Shown here: positions 1-10,689 of the stretch, one piece after another
Position numbering within the stretch: position 1 is the stretch's first letter
Layout of the letters: each line of letters begins with the position of its first letter
Assembly: GCA_964016885.1 (NCBI GenBank)
Contig: CAXHJY010000132.1
Coordinates: 62,001 to 126,000, forward strand
Reading direction: 5' to 3'
DNA length: 64,000 nucleotides
Origin: Eledone cirrhosa
Lineage: Eukaryota
Made by a program: the position numbers and the translations under genes
The notes under the pieces: model-generated
What the model was told of the DNA's origin: nothing
What the model saw: only the letters and a program-made list of their open reading frames with translations
Databases searched by the model: none

Positions 1-3000
1 GTCGTTCTTCACCTAGCTATCTTTCTCTACCTTGTCTTCCCTCAAAACGTCGTTCGTTCTTCACCAAGCTATCTTTCTTTACCTTGTCTTCCCCCAAAAC
101 TTCGTTCTTCACAAGCTATCCTTCTCTACCTTGTCTTCCCTCAAAATTTCGTTCTTGATCAAGCTATCTTTCTCTCCCTTGTCTTCCCTCAAAACTTCGT
201 TCTTCACCAAGCTAACTTTCTCTACCTTGTCTTCCCTCAAAACTTCGTTCTTCATCAAGCTATCTTTCTCTACCTTGTCTTCCCTCAAAACTTCGTTCTT
301 CACCAAGCTATCTTTCTCTACCTTGTCTTCCCTCAAAACTTCGTTCTTCACCAAGCTAACTTTCTCTACCTTTTTTCCCCCCAAAACTTCGTTCTTCACC
401 AAACTATCTTTCTCTACCTTGTCTTCCCTCAAAACTTCGTTCTTCACCAAGCTATCTTTCTCTACCTTGTCTTCCCTCAAAACTCCGTTCTTCATCAAGC
501 TATCGTTCTCTACTTTGTCTTCCCTCAAAACGTCGTTCTTCACCTAGCTATCTTTCTCTACCTTGTCTTCCCTCAAAACGTCGTTCGTTCTTCACCAAGC
601 TATCTTTCTCTACCTTGTCTTCCCCCAAAACTTCGTTCTTCACAAGCTATCCTTCTCTACCTTGTCTTCCCTCAAAACTTCGTTCTTGATCAAGCTATCT
701 TTCTCTACCTTGTCTTCCCTCAAAACTTTGTTCTTCACCAAGCTATCTTTCTCTACCTTGTCTTCCCTCAAAACTTCGTTCTTCACCAAGCTATCTTTCT
801 CTACCTTGTCTTCCCTCAAAACTTCGTTCTTCACCAAGCTATCTTTCTCTACCTTGTCTTCCCCCAAAACATCGTTCTTCACCAAGCTATCTTTCTTTAC
901 CTTGTCTCCCCTCAAAACTACGTTATTCACCAAGCTATCTTTCTCTACCTTGTCTTCCCTCAAAACTTCGTTCTTCACCAAGCTATCTTTCTCTACCTTG
1001 TCTTCCCTCAAAACTTCGTTCTTCACCAAGCTATCTTTCTCTACCTTGTCTTCCCCCAGAACATCGTTCTTCACCAATCTATCTTTCTCTACCTTGTCTT
1101 CCCTCAAAACTTCGTTATTCACCAAGCTATCTTTCTCTACCTTGCCTTCCTGCAAAACTTCGTTCTTCATCAAGCTATCTTTCTCTACTTTGTCTTCCCT
1201 CAAAACATCGTTCGTTCTTTATCAAGCTATCTTTCTCTACCTTGTCTTCCCTCAAGACTTCGTTCGTCACCAAGCTATCTTTCTCTACATTGTCTTCCCC
1301 CAAAACTTCGTTCTTCATCAAGCTATCTTTCTCTACCTTGTCTTCCCTCAAAACGTCGTTCTTCACCAAGCTATCTTTCTCTACCTTGTCTTCCCACAAA
1401 ACTTCGTTCTTCATCAAGCTATCTTTCTCTACCTTGTCTTCCCTCAAAACGTCGTTCTTCACCAAGCTATCTTTCTCTACCTTGTCTTCCCCCAAAACTT
1501 CGTTCTTCACCAAGCTATCTTTCTCTACCTTGTCTACCCCCAAAACTTCGTTCTTCACCAAGCTATCTTTCTCTACCTTGTCTTCCCACAAAACTTCGTT
1601 CTTCACCAAGCTATCTCTCTCTACCTTGTCTTCCCACAAAACGTCGTTCTTCACCAAGCTATCTTTCGCTACCTTGTCTTCCCTCAAAACTTCGTTCTTC
1701 ATCAAGCTATCTTTCTCTACCTTGTCTTCCCTCAAAACTTCGTTCTTCACCAAGCTATCTTTCTCTACCTTGTCTTCCCTCAAAACTTCGCTCTTCACCA
1801 AGCTATCTTTCTCTACCTTGTCTTCCCTCAAAACTTCGTTCTTCACCAAGCTATCTTTCTCTACCTTGTCTTCCCTCAAAACTTCGTTCTTCACCAAGCT
1901 ATCTTTCTCTACCTTTTTTCCCCCCAAAACTTCGTTCTTCACCAAACTATCTTTCTCTACCTTGTCTTCCCTCAAAACTTCGTTCTTCACCAAGCTATCT
2001 TTCTCTACCTTGTCTTCCCTCAAAACTCCGTTCTTCATCAAGCTATCGTTCTCTACTTTGTCTTCCCTCAAAACGTCGTTCTTCACCTAGCTATCCTTCT
2101 CTACCTTGTCTTCCCTCAAAACGTCGTTCGTTCTTCACCAAGCTATCTTTCTCTACCTTGTGTACCCCCAAAACTTCGTTCTTCACAAGCTATCCTTCTC
2201 TACCTTGTCTTCCCTCAAAACTTCGTTCTTGATTAAGCTATCTTTCTCTACCTTGTCTTCCCTCAAAACTTTGTTCTTCACCAAGCTATCTTTCTCTACC
2301 TTGTCTTCCCTCAAAACTTCGTTCTTCACCAAGCTATCTTTCTCTACCTTGTCTTCCCCCAAAACATCGTTCTTCACCAAGCTATCTTTCTTTACCTTGT
2401 CTTCCCTCAAAACTTCGTTATTCACCAAGCTATCTTTCTCTACCTTGTCTTCCCTCAAAACTCCGTTCTTCATCAAGCTATCGTTCTCTACTTTGTCTTC
2501 CCTCAAAACGTCGTTCTTCACCAAGCTATCTTTCTCTACCTTGTCTTCCCTCAACACTTCGTTCGTTCTTCATCAAGCTATCATTCTCTACCTTGTCTTC
2601 CCCCAAAACTACGTTCTTCACAAGGTATCTTTCTCTACCTTGTCTTCCCTCAAAACTTCGTTCTTCACCAAGCTATCTTTCTCTACCTTGTCTTCCCTCA
2701 AAATTTCGTTCTTCACCAAGCTATCTTTCTCTACCTTGTCTTCCCTCAAAACTTCGTTCTTCACCAAGCTATCTTTCTCTACCTTGTCTTCCCTCAAAAC
2801 TTCGTTCTTCACCAAGCTAACTTTCTCTACCTTGTCTTCCCTCAAAACTTCGTTCTTCATCAAGCTATCTTTCTCTACCTTGTCTTCCCTCAAAACTTCG
2901 TTCTTCATCAAGCTATCTTTCTCTACCTTGTCTTCCCTCAAAACGTCGTTCTTCACCAAGCTATCTTTCTCTACCTTGTCTTCCCCCAAAACTTCGTTCT

Positions 3001-6000
3001 TCACCAAGCTATCTTTCTCTACCTTGTCTACCCCCAAAACTTCGTTCTTCACCAAGCTATCTTTCTCTACCTTGTCTTCCCACAAAACTTCGTTCTTCAC
3101 CAAGCTATCTCTCTCTACCTTGTCTTCCCACAAAACGTCGTTCTTCACCAAGCTATCTTTCGCTACCTTGTCTTCCCTCAAAACTTCGTTCTTCATCAAG
3201 CTATCTTTCTCTACCTTGTCTTCCCTCAAAACTTCGTTCTTCACCAAGCTATCTTTCTCTACCTTGTCTTCCCTCAAAACTTCGCTCTTCACCAAGCTAT
3301 CTTTCTCTACCTTGTCTTCCCTCAAAACTTCGTTCTTCACCAAGCTATCTTTCTCTACCTTGTCTTCCCTCAAAACTTCGTTCTTCACCAAGCTATCTTT
3401 CTCTACCTTTTTTCCCCCCAAAACTTCGTTCTTCACCAAACTATCTTTCTCTACCTTGTCTTCCCTCAAAACTTCGTTCTTCACCAAGCTATCTTTCTCT
3501 ACCTTGTCTTCCCTCAAAACTCCGTTCTTCATCAAGCTATCGTTCTCTACTTTGTCTTCCCTCAAAACGTCGTTCTTCACCTAGCTATCCTTCTCTACCT
3601 TGTCTTCCCTCAAAACGTCGTTCGTTCTTCACCAAGCTATCTTTCTCTACCTTGTGTACCCCCAAAACTTCGTTCTTCACAAGCTATCCTTCTCTACCTT
3701 GTCTTCCCTCAAAACTTCGTTCTTGATTAAGCTATCTTTCTCTACCTTGTCTTCCCTCAAAACTTTGTTCTTCACCAAGCTATCTTTCTCTACCTTGTCT
3801 TCCCTCAAAACTTCGTTCTTCACCAAGCTATCTTTCTCTACCTTGTCTTCCCCCAAAACATCGTTCTTCACCAAGCTATCTTTCTTTACCTTGTCTTCCC
3901 TCAAAACTTCGTTATTCACCAAGCTATCTTTCTCTACCTTGTCTTCCCTCAAAACTCCGTTCTTCATCAAGCTATCGTTCTCTACTTTGTCTTCCCTCAA
4001 AACGTCGTTCTTCACCAAGCTATCTTTCTCTACCTTGTCTTCCCTCAACACTTCGTTCGTTCTTCATCAAGCTATCATTCTCTACCTTGTCTTCCCCCAA
4101 AACTACGTTCTTCACAAGGTATCTTTCTCTACCTTGTCTTCCCTCAAAACTTCGTTCTTCACCAAGCTATCTTTCTCTACCTTGTCTTCCCTCAAAATTT
4201 CGTTCTTCACCAAGCTATCTTTCTCTACCTTGTCTTCCCTCAAAACTTCGTTCTTCACCAAGCTAACTTTCTCTACCTTGTCTTCCCTCAAAACTTCGTT
4301 CTTCACCAAGCTAACTTTCTCTACCTTGTCTTCCCTCAAAACTTCGTTCTTCATCAAGCTATCTTTCTCTACCTTGTCTTCCCTCAAAACTTCGTTCTTC
4401 ACCAAGCTATCTTTCTCTACCTTGTCTTCCCTCAAAACTCCGTTCTTCATCAAGCTATCGTTCTCTACTTTGTCTTCCCTCAAAACGTCGTTCTTCACCA
4501 AGCTATCTTTCTCTACCTTGTCTTCCCTCAACACTTCGTTCGTTCTTCATCAAGCTATCATTCTCTACCTTGTCTTCCCCCAAAACTACGTTCTTCACAA
4601 GCTATCTTTCTCTACCTTGTCTTCCCTCAAAACTTCGTTCTTCACCAAGCTATCTTTCTCTACCTTGTCTTCCCTCAAAATTTCGTTCTTCACCAAGCTA
4701 TCTTTCTCTACCTTGTCTTCCCTCAAAACTTCGTTCTTCACCAAGCTATCTTTCTCTACCTTGTCTTCCCTCAAAACTTCGTTCTTCACCAAGCTAACTT
4801 TCTCTACCTTGTCTTCCCTCAAAACTTCGTTCTTCATCAAGCTATCTTTCTCTACCTTGTCTTCCCTCAAAACTTCGTTCTTCACCAAGCTATCTTTCTC
4901 TACCTTGTCTTCCCTCAAAACTTCGTTCTTCACCAAGCTATCTTTCGCTACCTTGTCTTCCCTCAAAACTTCGTTCTTCACCAAGCTAACTTTCTCTACC
5001 TTGTCTTCCCTCAAAACTTCGTTCTTCATCAAGCTATCTTTCTCTACCTTGTCTTCCCTCAAAACTTCGTTCTTCACCAAGCTATATTTCTCTACCTTTT
5101 TTTCCCCCAAAACTTCGTTCTTCACCAAACTATCTTTCTCTACCTTGTCTTCCCTCAAAACTTCGTTCTTCACCAAGCTATCTTTCTCTACCTTGTCTTC
5201 CCTCAAAACTCCGTTCTTCATCAAGCTATCGTTCTCTACTTTGTCTTCCCTCAAAACGTCGTTCTTCACCTAGCTATCTTTCTCTACCTTGTCTTCCCTC
5301 AAAACGTCGTTCGTTCTTCACCAAGCTATCTTTCTTTACCTTGTCTTCCCCCAAAACTTCGTTCTTCACAAGCTATCCTTCTCTACCTTGTCTTCCCTCA
5401 AAACTTCGTTCTTGATCAAGCTATCTTTCTCTACCTTGTCTTCCCTCAAAACTTCGTTCTTCATCAAGCTATCTTTCTCTACCTTGTCTTCCCTCAAAAC
5501 TTCGTTCTTCACCAAGCTATATTTCTCTACCTTTTTTTCCCCCAAAACTTCGTTCTTCACCAAACTATCTTTCTCTACCTTGTCTTCCCTCAAAACTTCG
5601 TTCTTCACCAAGCTATCTTTCTCTACCTTGTCTTCCCTCAAAACTCCGTTCTTCATCAAGCTATCGTTCTCTACTTTGTCTTCCCTCAAAACGTCGTTCT
5701 TCACCTAGCTATCTTTCTCTACCTTGTCTTCCCTCAAAACGTCGTTCGTTCTTTATCAAGCTATCTTTCTCTACCTTGTCTTCCCTCAAGACTTCGTTCG
5801 TCACCAAGCTATCTTTCTCTACATTGTCTTCCCCCAAAACTTCGTTCTTCATCAAGCTATCTTTCTCTACCTTGTCTTCCCTCAAAACGTCGTTCTTCAC
5901 CAAGCTATCTTTCTCTACCTTGTCTTCCCACAAAACTTCGTTCTTCATCAAGCTATCTTTCTCTACCGTGTCTTCCCTCAAAACTTTGTTCTTCACCAAG

Positions 6001-9000
6001 CTATCTTTCTCTACCTTGTCTTCCCTCAAAACTTCGTTCTTCACCAAGCTATCTTTCTCTACCTTGTCTTCCCTCAAAACTTCGTTCTTCACCAAGCTAT
6101 CTTTCTCTAGCTTGTCTTCCCCCAAAACATCGTTCTTCACCAAGCTATCTTTCTGCACCTTGTCTTCCCTCAAAACTTCGTTATTCACCAAGCTATCTTT
6201 CTCTACCTTGTCTCCCCTCAAAACTCCGTTCTTCATCAAGCTATCGTTCTCTACTTTGTCTTCCCTCAAAACGTCGTTCTTCACCAAGCTATCTTTCTCT
6301 ACCTTGTCTTCCCTCAACACTTCGTTCGTTCTTCACCAAGCTATCTTTCTCTACCTTGTCTTCCCCCAAAACTACGTTCTTCACAAGCTATCTTTCTCTA
6401 CCTTGTCTTCCCTCAAAACTTCGTTCTTCACCAAGCTATCTTTCTCTACCTTGTCTTCCCTCAAAATTTCGTTCTTCACCAAGCTATCTTTCTCTACCTT
6501 GTCTTCCCTCATAACTTCGTTCTTCACCAAGCTATCTTTCTCTACCTTGTCTTCCCTCAAAACTTCGTTCTTCACCAAGCTAACTTTCTCTACCATGTCT
6601 TCCCTCAAAACTTCGTTCTTCATCAAGCTATCTTTCTCTACCTTGTCTTCCCTCAAAACTTCGTTCTTCACCAAGCTATCTTTCTCTACCTTGTCTTCCC
6701 TCAAAACTTCGTTCTTCACCAAGCTATCTTTCTCTACCTTGTCTTCCCTCAAAACTTCGTTCTTCACCAAGCTAACTTTCTCTACCTTGTCTTCCCTCAA
6801 AACTTCGTTCTTCATCAAGCTATCTTTCTCTACCTTGTCTTCCCTCAAAACTTCGTTCTTCACCAAGCTATATTTCTCTACCTTTTTTTCCCCCAAAACT
6901 TCGTTCTTCACAAAACTATCTTTCTCTACCTTGTCTTCCCTCAAAACTTCGTTCTTCACCAAGCTATCTTTCTCTACCTTGTCTTCCCTCAAAACTCCGT
7001 TCTTCATCAAGCTATCGTTCTCTACTTTGTCTTCCCTCAAAACGTCGTTCTTCACCTAGCTATCTTTCTCTACCTTGTCTTCCCTCAAAACGTCGTTCGT
7101 TCTTCACCAAGCTATCTTTCTTTACCTTGTCTTCCCCCAAAACTTCGTTCTTCACAAGCTATCCTTCTCTACCTTGTCTTCCCTCAAAATTTCGTTCTTG
7201 ATCAAGCTATCTTTCTCTCCCTTGTCTTCCCTCAAAACTTCGTTCTTCACCAAGCTAACTTTCTCTACCTTGTCTTCCCTCAAAACTTCGTTCTTCATCA
7301 AGCTATCTTTCTCTACCTTGTCTTCCCTCAAAACTTCGTTCTTCACCAAGCTATCTTTCTCTACCTTGTCTTCCCTCAAAACTTCGTTCTTCACCAAGCT
7401 ATCTTTCTCTACCTTTTTTCCCCCCAAAACTTCGTTCTTCACCAAACTATCTTTCTCTACCTTGTCTTCCCTCAAAACTTCGTTCTTCACCAAGCTATCT
7501 TTCTCTACCTTGTCTTCCCTCAAAACTCCGTTCTTCATCAAGCTATCGTTCTCTACTTTGTCTTCCCTCAAAACGTCGTTCTTCACCTAGCTATCTTTCT
7601 CTACCTTGTCTTCCCTCAAAACGTCGTTCGTTCTTCACCAAGCTATCTTTCTCTACCTTGTCTTCCCCCAAAACTTCGTTCTTCACAAGCTATCCTTCTC
7701 TACCTTGTCTTCCCTCAAAACTTCGTTCTTGATCAAGCTATCTTTCTCTACCTTGTCTTCCCTCAAAACTTTGTTCTTCACCAAGCTATCTTTCTCTACC
7801 TTGTCTTCCCTCAAAACTTCGTTCTTCACCAAGCTATCTTTCTCTACCTTGTCTTCCCTCAAAACTTCGTTCTTCACCAAGCTATCTTTCTCTACCTTGT
7901 CTTCCCCCAAAACATCGTTCTTCACCAAGCTATCTTTCTTTACCTTGTCTCCCCTCAAAACTACGTTATTCACCAAGCTATCTTTCTCTACCTTGTCTTC
8001 CCTCAAAACTTCGTTCTTCACCAAGCTATCTTTCTCTACCTTGTCTTCCCTCAAAACTTCGTTCTTCACCAAGCTATCTTTCTCTACCTTGTCTTCCCCC
8101 AGAACATCGTTCTTCACCAATCTATCTTTCTCTACCTTGTCTTCCCTCAAAACTTCGTTATTCACCAAGCTATCTTTCTCTACCTTGCCTTCCTGCAAAA
8201 CTTCGTTCTTCATCAAGCTATCTTTCTCTACTTTGTCTTCCCTCAAAACATCGTTCGTTCTTTATCAAGCTATCTTTCTCTACCTTGTCTTCCCTCAAGA
8301 CTTCGTTCGTCACCAAGCTATCTTTCTCTACATTGTCTTCCCCCAAAACTTCGTTCTTCATCAAGCTATCTTTCTCTACCTTGTCTTCCCTCAAAACGTC
8401 GTTCTTCACCAAGCTATCTTTCTCTACCTTGTCTTCCCACAAAACTTCGTTCTTCATCAAGCTATCTTTCTCTACCTTGTCTTCCCTCAAAACGTCGTTC
8501 TTCACCAAGCTATCTTTCTCTACCTTGTCTTCCCCCAAAACTTCGTTCTTCACCAAGCTATCTTTCTCTACCTTGTCTACCCCCAAAACTTCGTTCTTCA
8601 CCAAGCTATCTTTCTCTACCTTGTCTTCCCACAAAACTTCGTTCTTCACCAAGCTATCTCTCTCTACCTTGTCTTCCCACAAAACGTCGTTCTTCACCAA
8701 GCTATCTTTCGCTACCTTGTCTTCCCTCAAAACTTCGTTCTTCATCAAGCTATCTTTCTCTACCTTGTCTTCCCTCAAAACTTCGTTCTTCACCAAGCTA
8801 TCTTTCTCTACCTTGTCTTCCCTCAAAACTTCGCTCTTCACCAAGCTATCTTTCTCTACCTTGTCTTCCCTCAAAACTTCGTTCTTCACCAAGCTATCTT
8901 TCTCTACCTTGTCTTCCCTCAAAACTTCGTTCTTCACCAAGCTATCTTTCTCTACCTTTTTTCCCCCCAAAACTTCGTTCTTCACCAAACTATCTTTCTC

Positions 9001-9950
9001 TACCTTGTCTTCCCTCAAAACTTCGTTCTTCACCAAGCTATCTTTCTCTACCTTGTCTTCCCTCAAAACTCCGTTCTTCATCAAGCTATCGTTCTCTACT
9101 TTGTCTTCCCTCAAAACGTCGTTCTTCACCTAGCTATCCTTCTCTACCTTGTCTTCCCTCAAAACGTCGTTCGTTCTTCACCAAGCTATCTTTCTCTACC
9201 TTGTGTACCCCCAAAACTTCGTTCTTCACAAGCTATCCTTCTCTACCTTGTCTTCCCTCAAAACTTCGTTCTTGATTAAGCTATCTTTCTCTACCTTGTC
9301 TTCCCTCAAAACTTTGTTCTTCACCAAGCTATCTTTCTCTACCTTGTCTTCCCTCAAAACTTCGTTCTTCACCAAGCTATCTTTCTCTACCTTGTCTTCC
9401 CCCAAAACATCGTTCTTCACCAAGCTATCTTTCTTTACCTTGTCTTCCCTCAAAACTTCGTTATTCACCAAGCTATCTTTCTCTACCTTGTCTTCCCTCA
9501 AAACTCCGTTCTTCATCAAGCTATCGTTCTCTACTTTGTCTTCCCTCAAAACGTCGTTCTTCACCAAGCTATCTTTCTCTACCTTGTCTTCCCTCAACAC
9601 TTCGTTCGTTCTTCATCAAGCTATCATTCTCTACCTTGTCTTCCCCCAAAACTACGTTCTTCACAAGGTATCTTTCTCTACCTTGTCTTCCCTCAAAACT
9701 TCGTTCTTCACCAAGCTATCTTTCTCTACCTTGTCTTCCCTCAAAATTTCGTTCTTCACCAAGCTATTTTTCTCTACCTTGTCTTCCCTCAAAACTTCGT
9801 TCTTCACCAAGCTATCTTTCTCTACCTTGTCTTCCCTCAAAACTTCGTTCTTCACCAAGCTAACTTTCTCTACCTTGTCTTCCCTCAAAACTTCGTTCTT
9901 CATCAAGCTATCTTTCTCTACCTTGTCTTCCCTCAAAACTTCGTTCTTCA
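1..9950. repeat. Higher-order duplication: ~1-2907 repeated at ~7044-9950 (offset 7043 bp)
   Basis: ORF starts 32/7075, 563/7606, 1242/8285, 2106/9149 and 2593/9636 all differ by 7043. Rare variants are shared (TGTCTCCCC, CCAGAACATCG, GCCTTCCTGC, TTCGCTCTTC, TGTGTACCC, GATTAAG). Confidence 0.92.
1397..4265. repeat. Higher-order duplication: ~1397-2771 repeated at ~2891-4265 (offset 1494 bp = 31 monomers + 6)
   Basis: ORF coordinates 2090/3584, 2106/3600 and 2183/3677 differ by 1494. Shared variants TGTGTACCC, GATTAAG and CACAAGGTA. Confidence 0.9.
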
Positions 9951-10689
9951 CCAAGCTATCTTTCTCTACCTTGTCTTCCCTCAAAACTTCGTTCTTCACC
10001 AAGCTATCTTTCTCTACCTTGTCTTCCCTCAAAACTTCGTTCTTCACCAAGCTAACTTTCTCTACCTTGTCTTCCCTCAAAACTTCGTTCTTCATCAAGC
10101 TATCTTTCTCTACCTTGTCTTCCCTCAAAACTTCGTTCTTCACCAAGCTATATTTCTCTACCTTTTTTTCCCCCAAAACTTCGTTCTTCACCAAACTATC
10201 TTTCTCTACCTTGTCTTCCCTCAAAACTTCGTTCTTCACCAAGCTATCTTTCTCTACCTTGTCTTCCCTCAAAACTCCGTTCTTCATCAAGCTATCGTTC
10301 TCTACTTTGTCTTCCCTCAAAACGTCGTTCTTCACCTAGCTATCTTTCTCTACCTTGTCTTCCCTCAAAACGTCGTTCGTTCTTCACCAAGCTATCTTTC
10401 TTTACCTTGTCTTCCCCCAAAACTTCGTTCTTCACAAGCTATCCTTCTCTACCTTGTCTTCCCTCAAAACTTCGTTCTTGATCAAGCTATCTTTCTCTAC
10501 CTTGTCTTCCCTCAAAACTTCGTTCTTCATCAAGCTATCTTTCTCTACCTTGTCTTCCCTCAAAACTTCGTTCTTCACCAAGCTATATTTCTCTACCTTT
10601 TTTTCCCCCAAAACTTCGTTCTTCACCAAACTATCTTTCTCTACCTTGTCTTCCCTCAAAACTTCGTTCTTCACCAAGCTATCTTTCTC

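Noticed and set aside
291-307. CENP-B box (CTTCGTT matches the start of CTTCGTTGGAAACGGGA)
   Set aside because: Only the TTCG core is present. The required A and the CGGG are missing.
308-316. WGATAR (AGATAG) motif and a splice-donor-like AAG|GTAGAG on the minus strand of each monomer
   Set aside because: Short motifs are likely by chance in a 48-mer. The donor mismatches consensus at +4 to +6, and there is no supporting context.
366-390. T-tract as intrinsic terminator, or C/G tracts as G-quadruplex, i-motif or H-DNA
   Set aside because: There is no GC-rich hairpin before the T run, G runs are about 48 bp apart, and pure pyrimidine tracts in the consensus are only about 9 nt.
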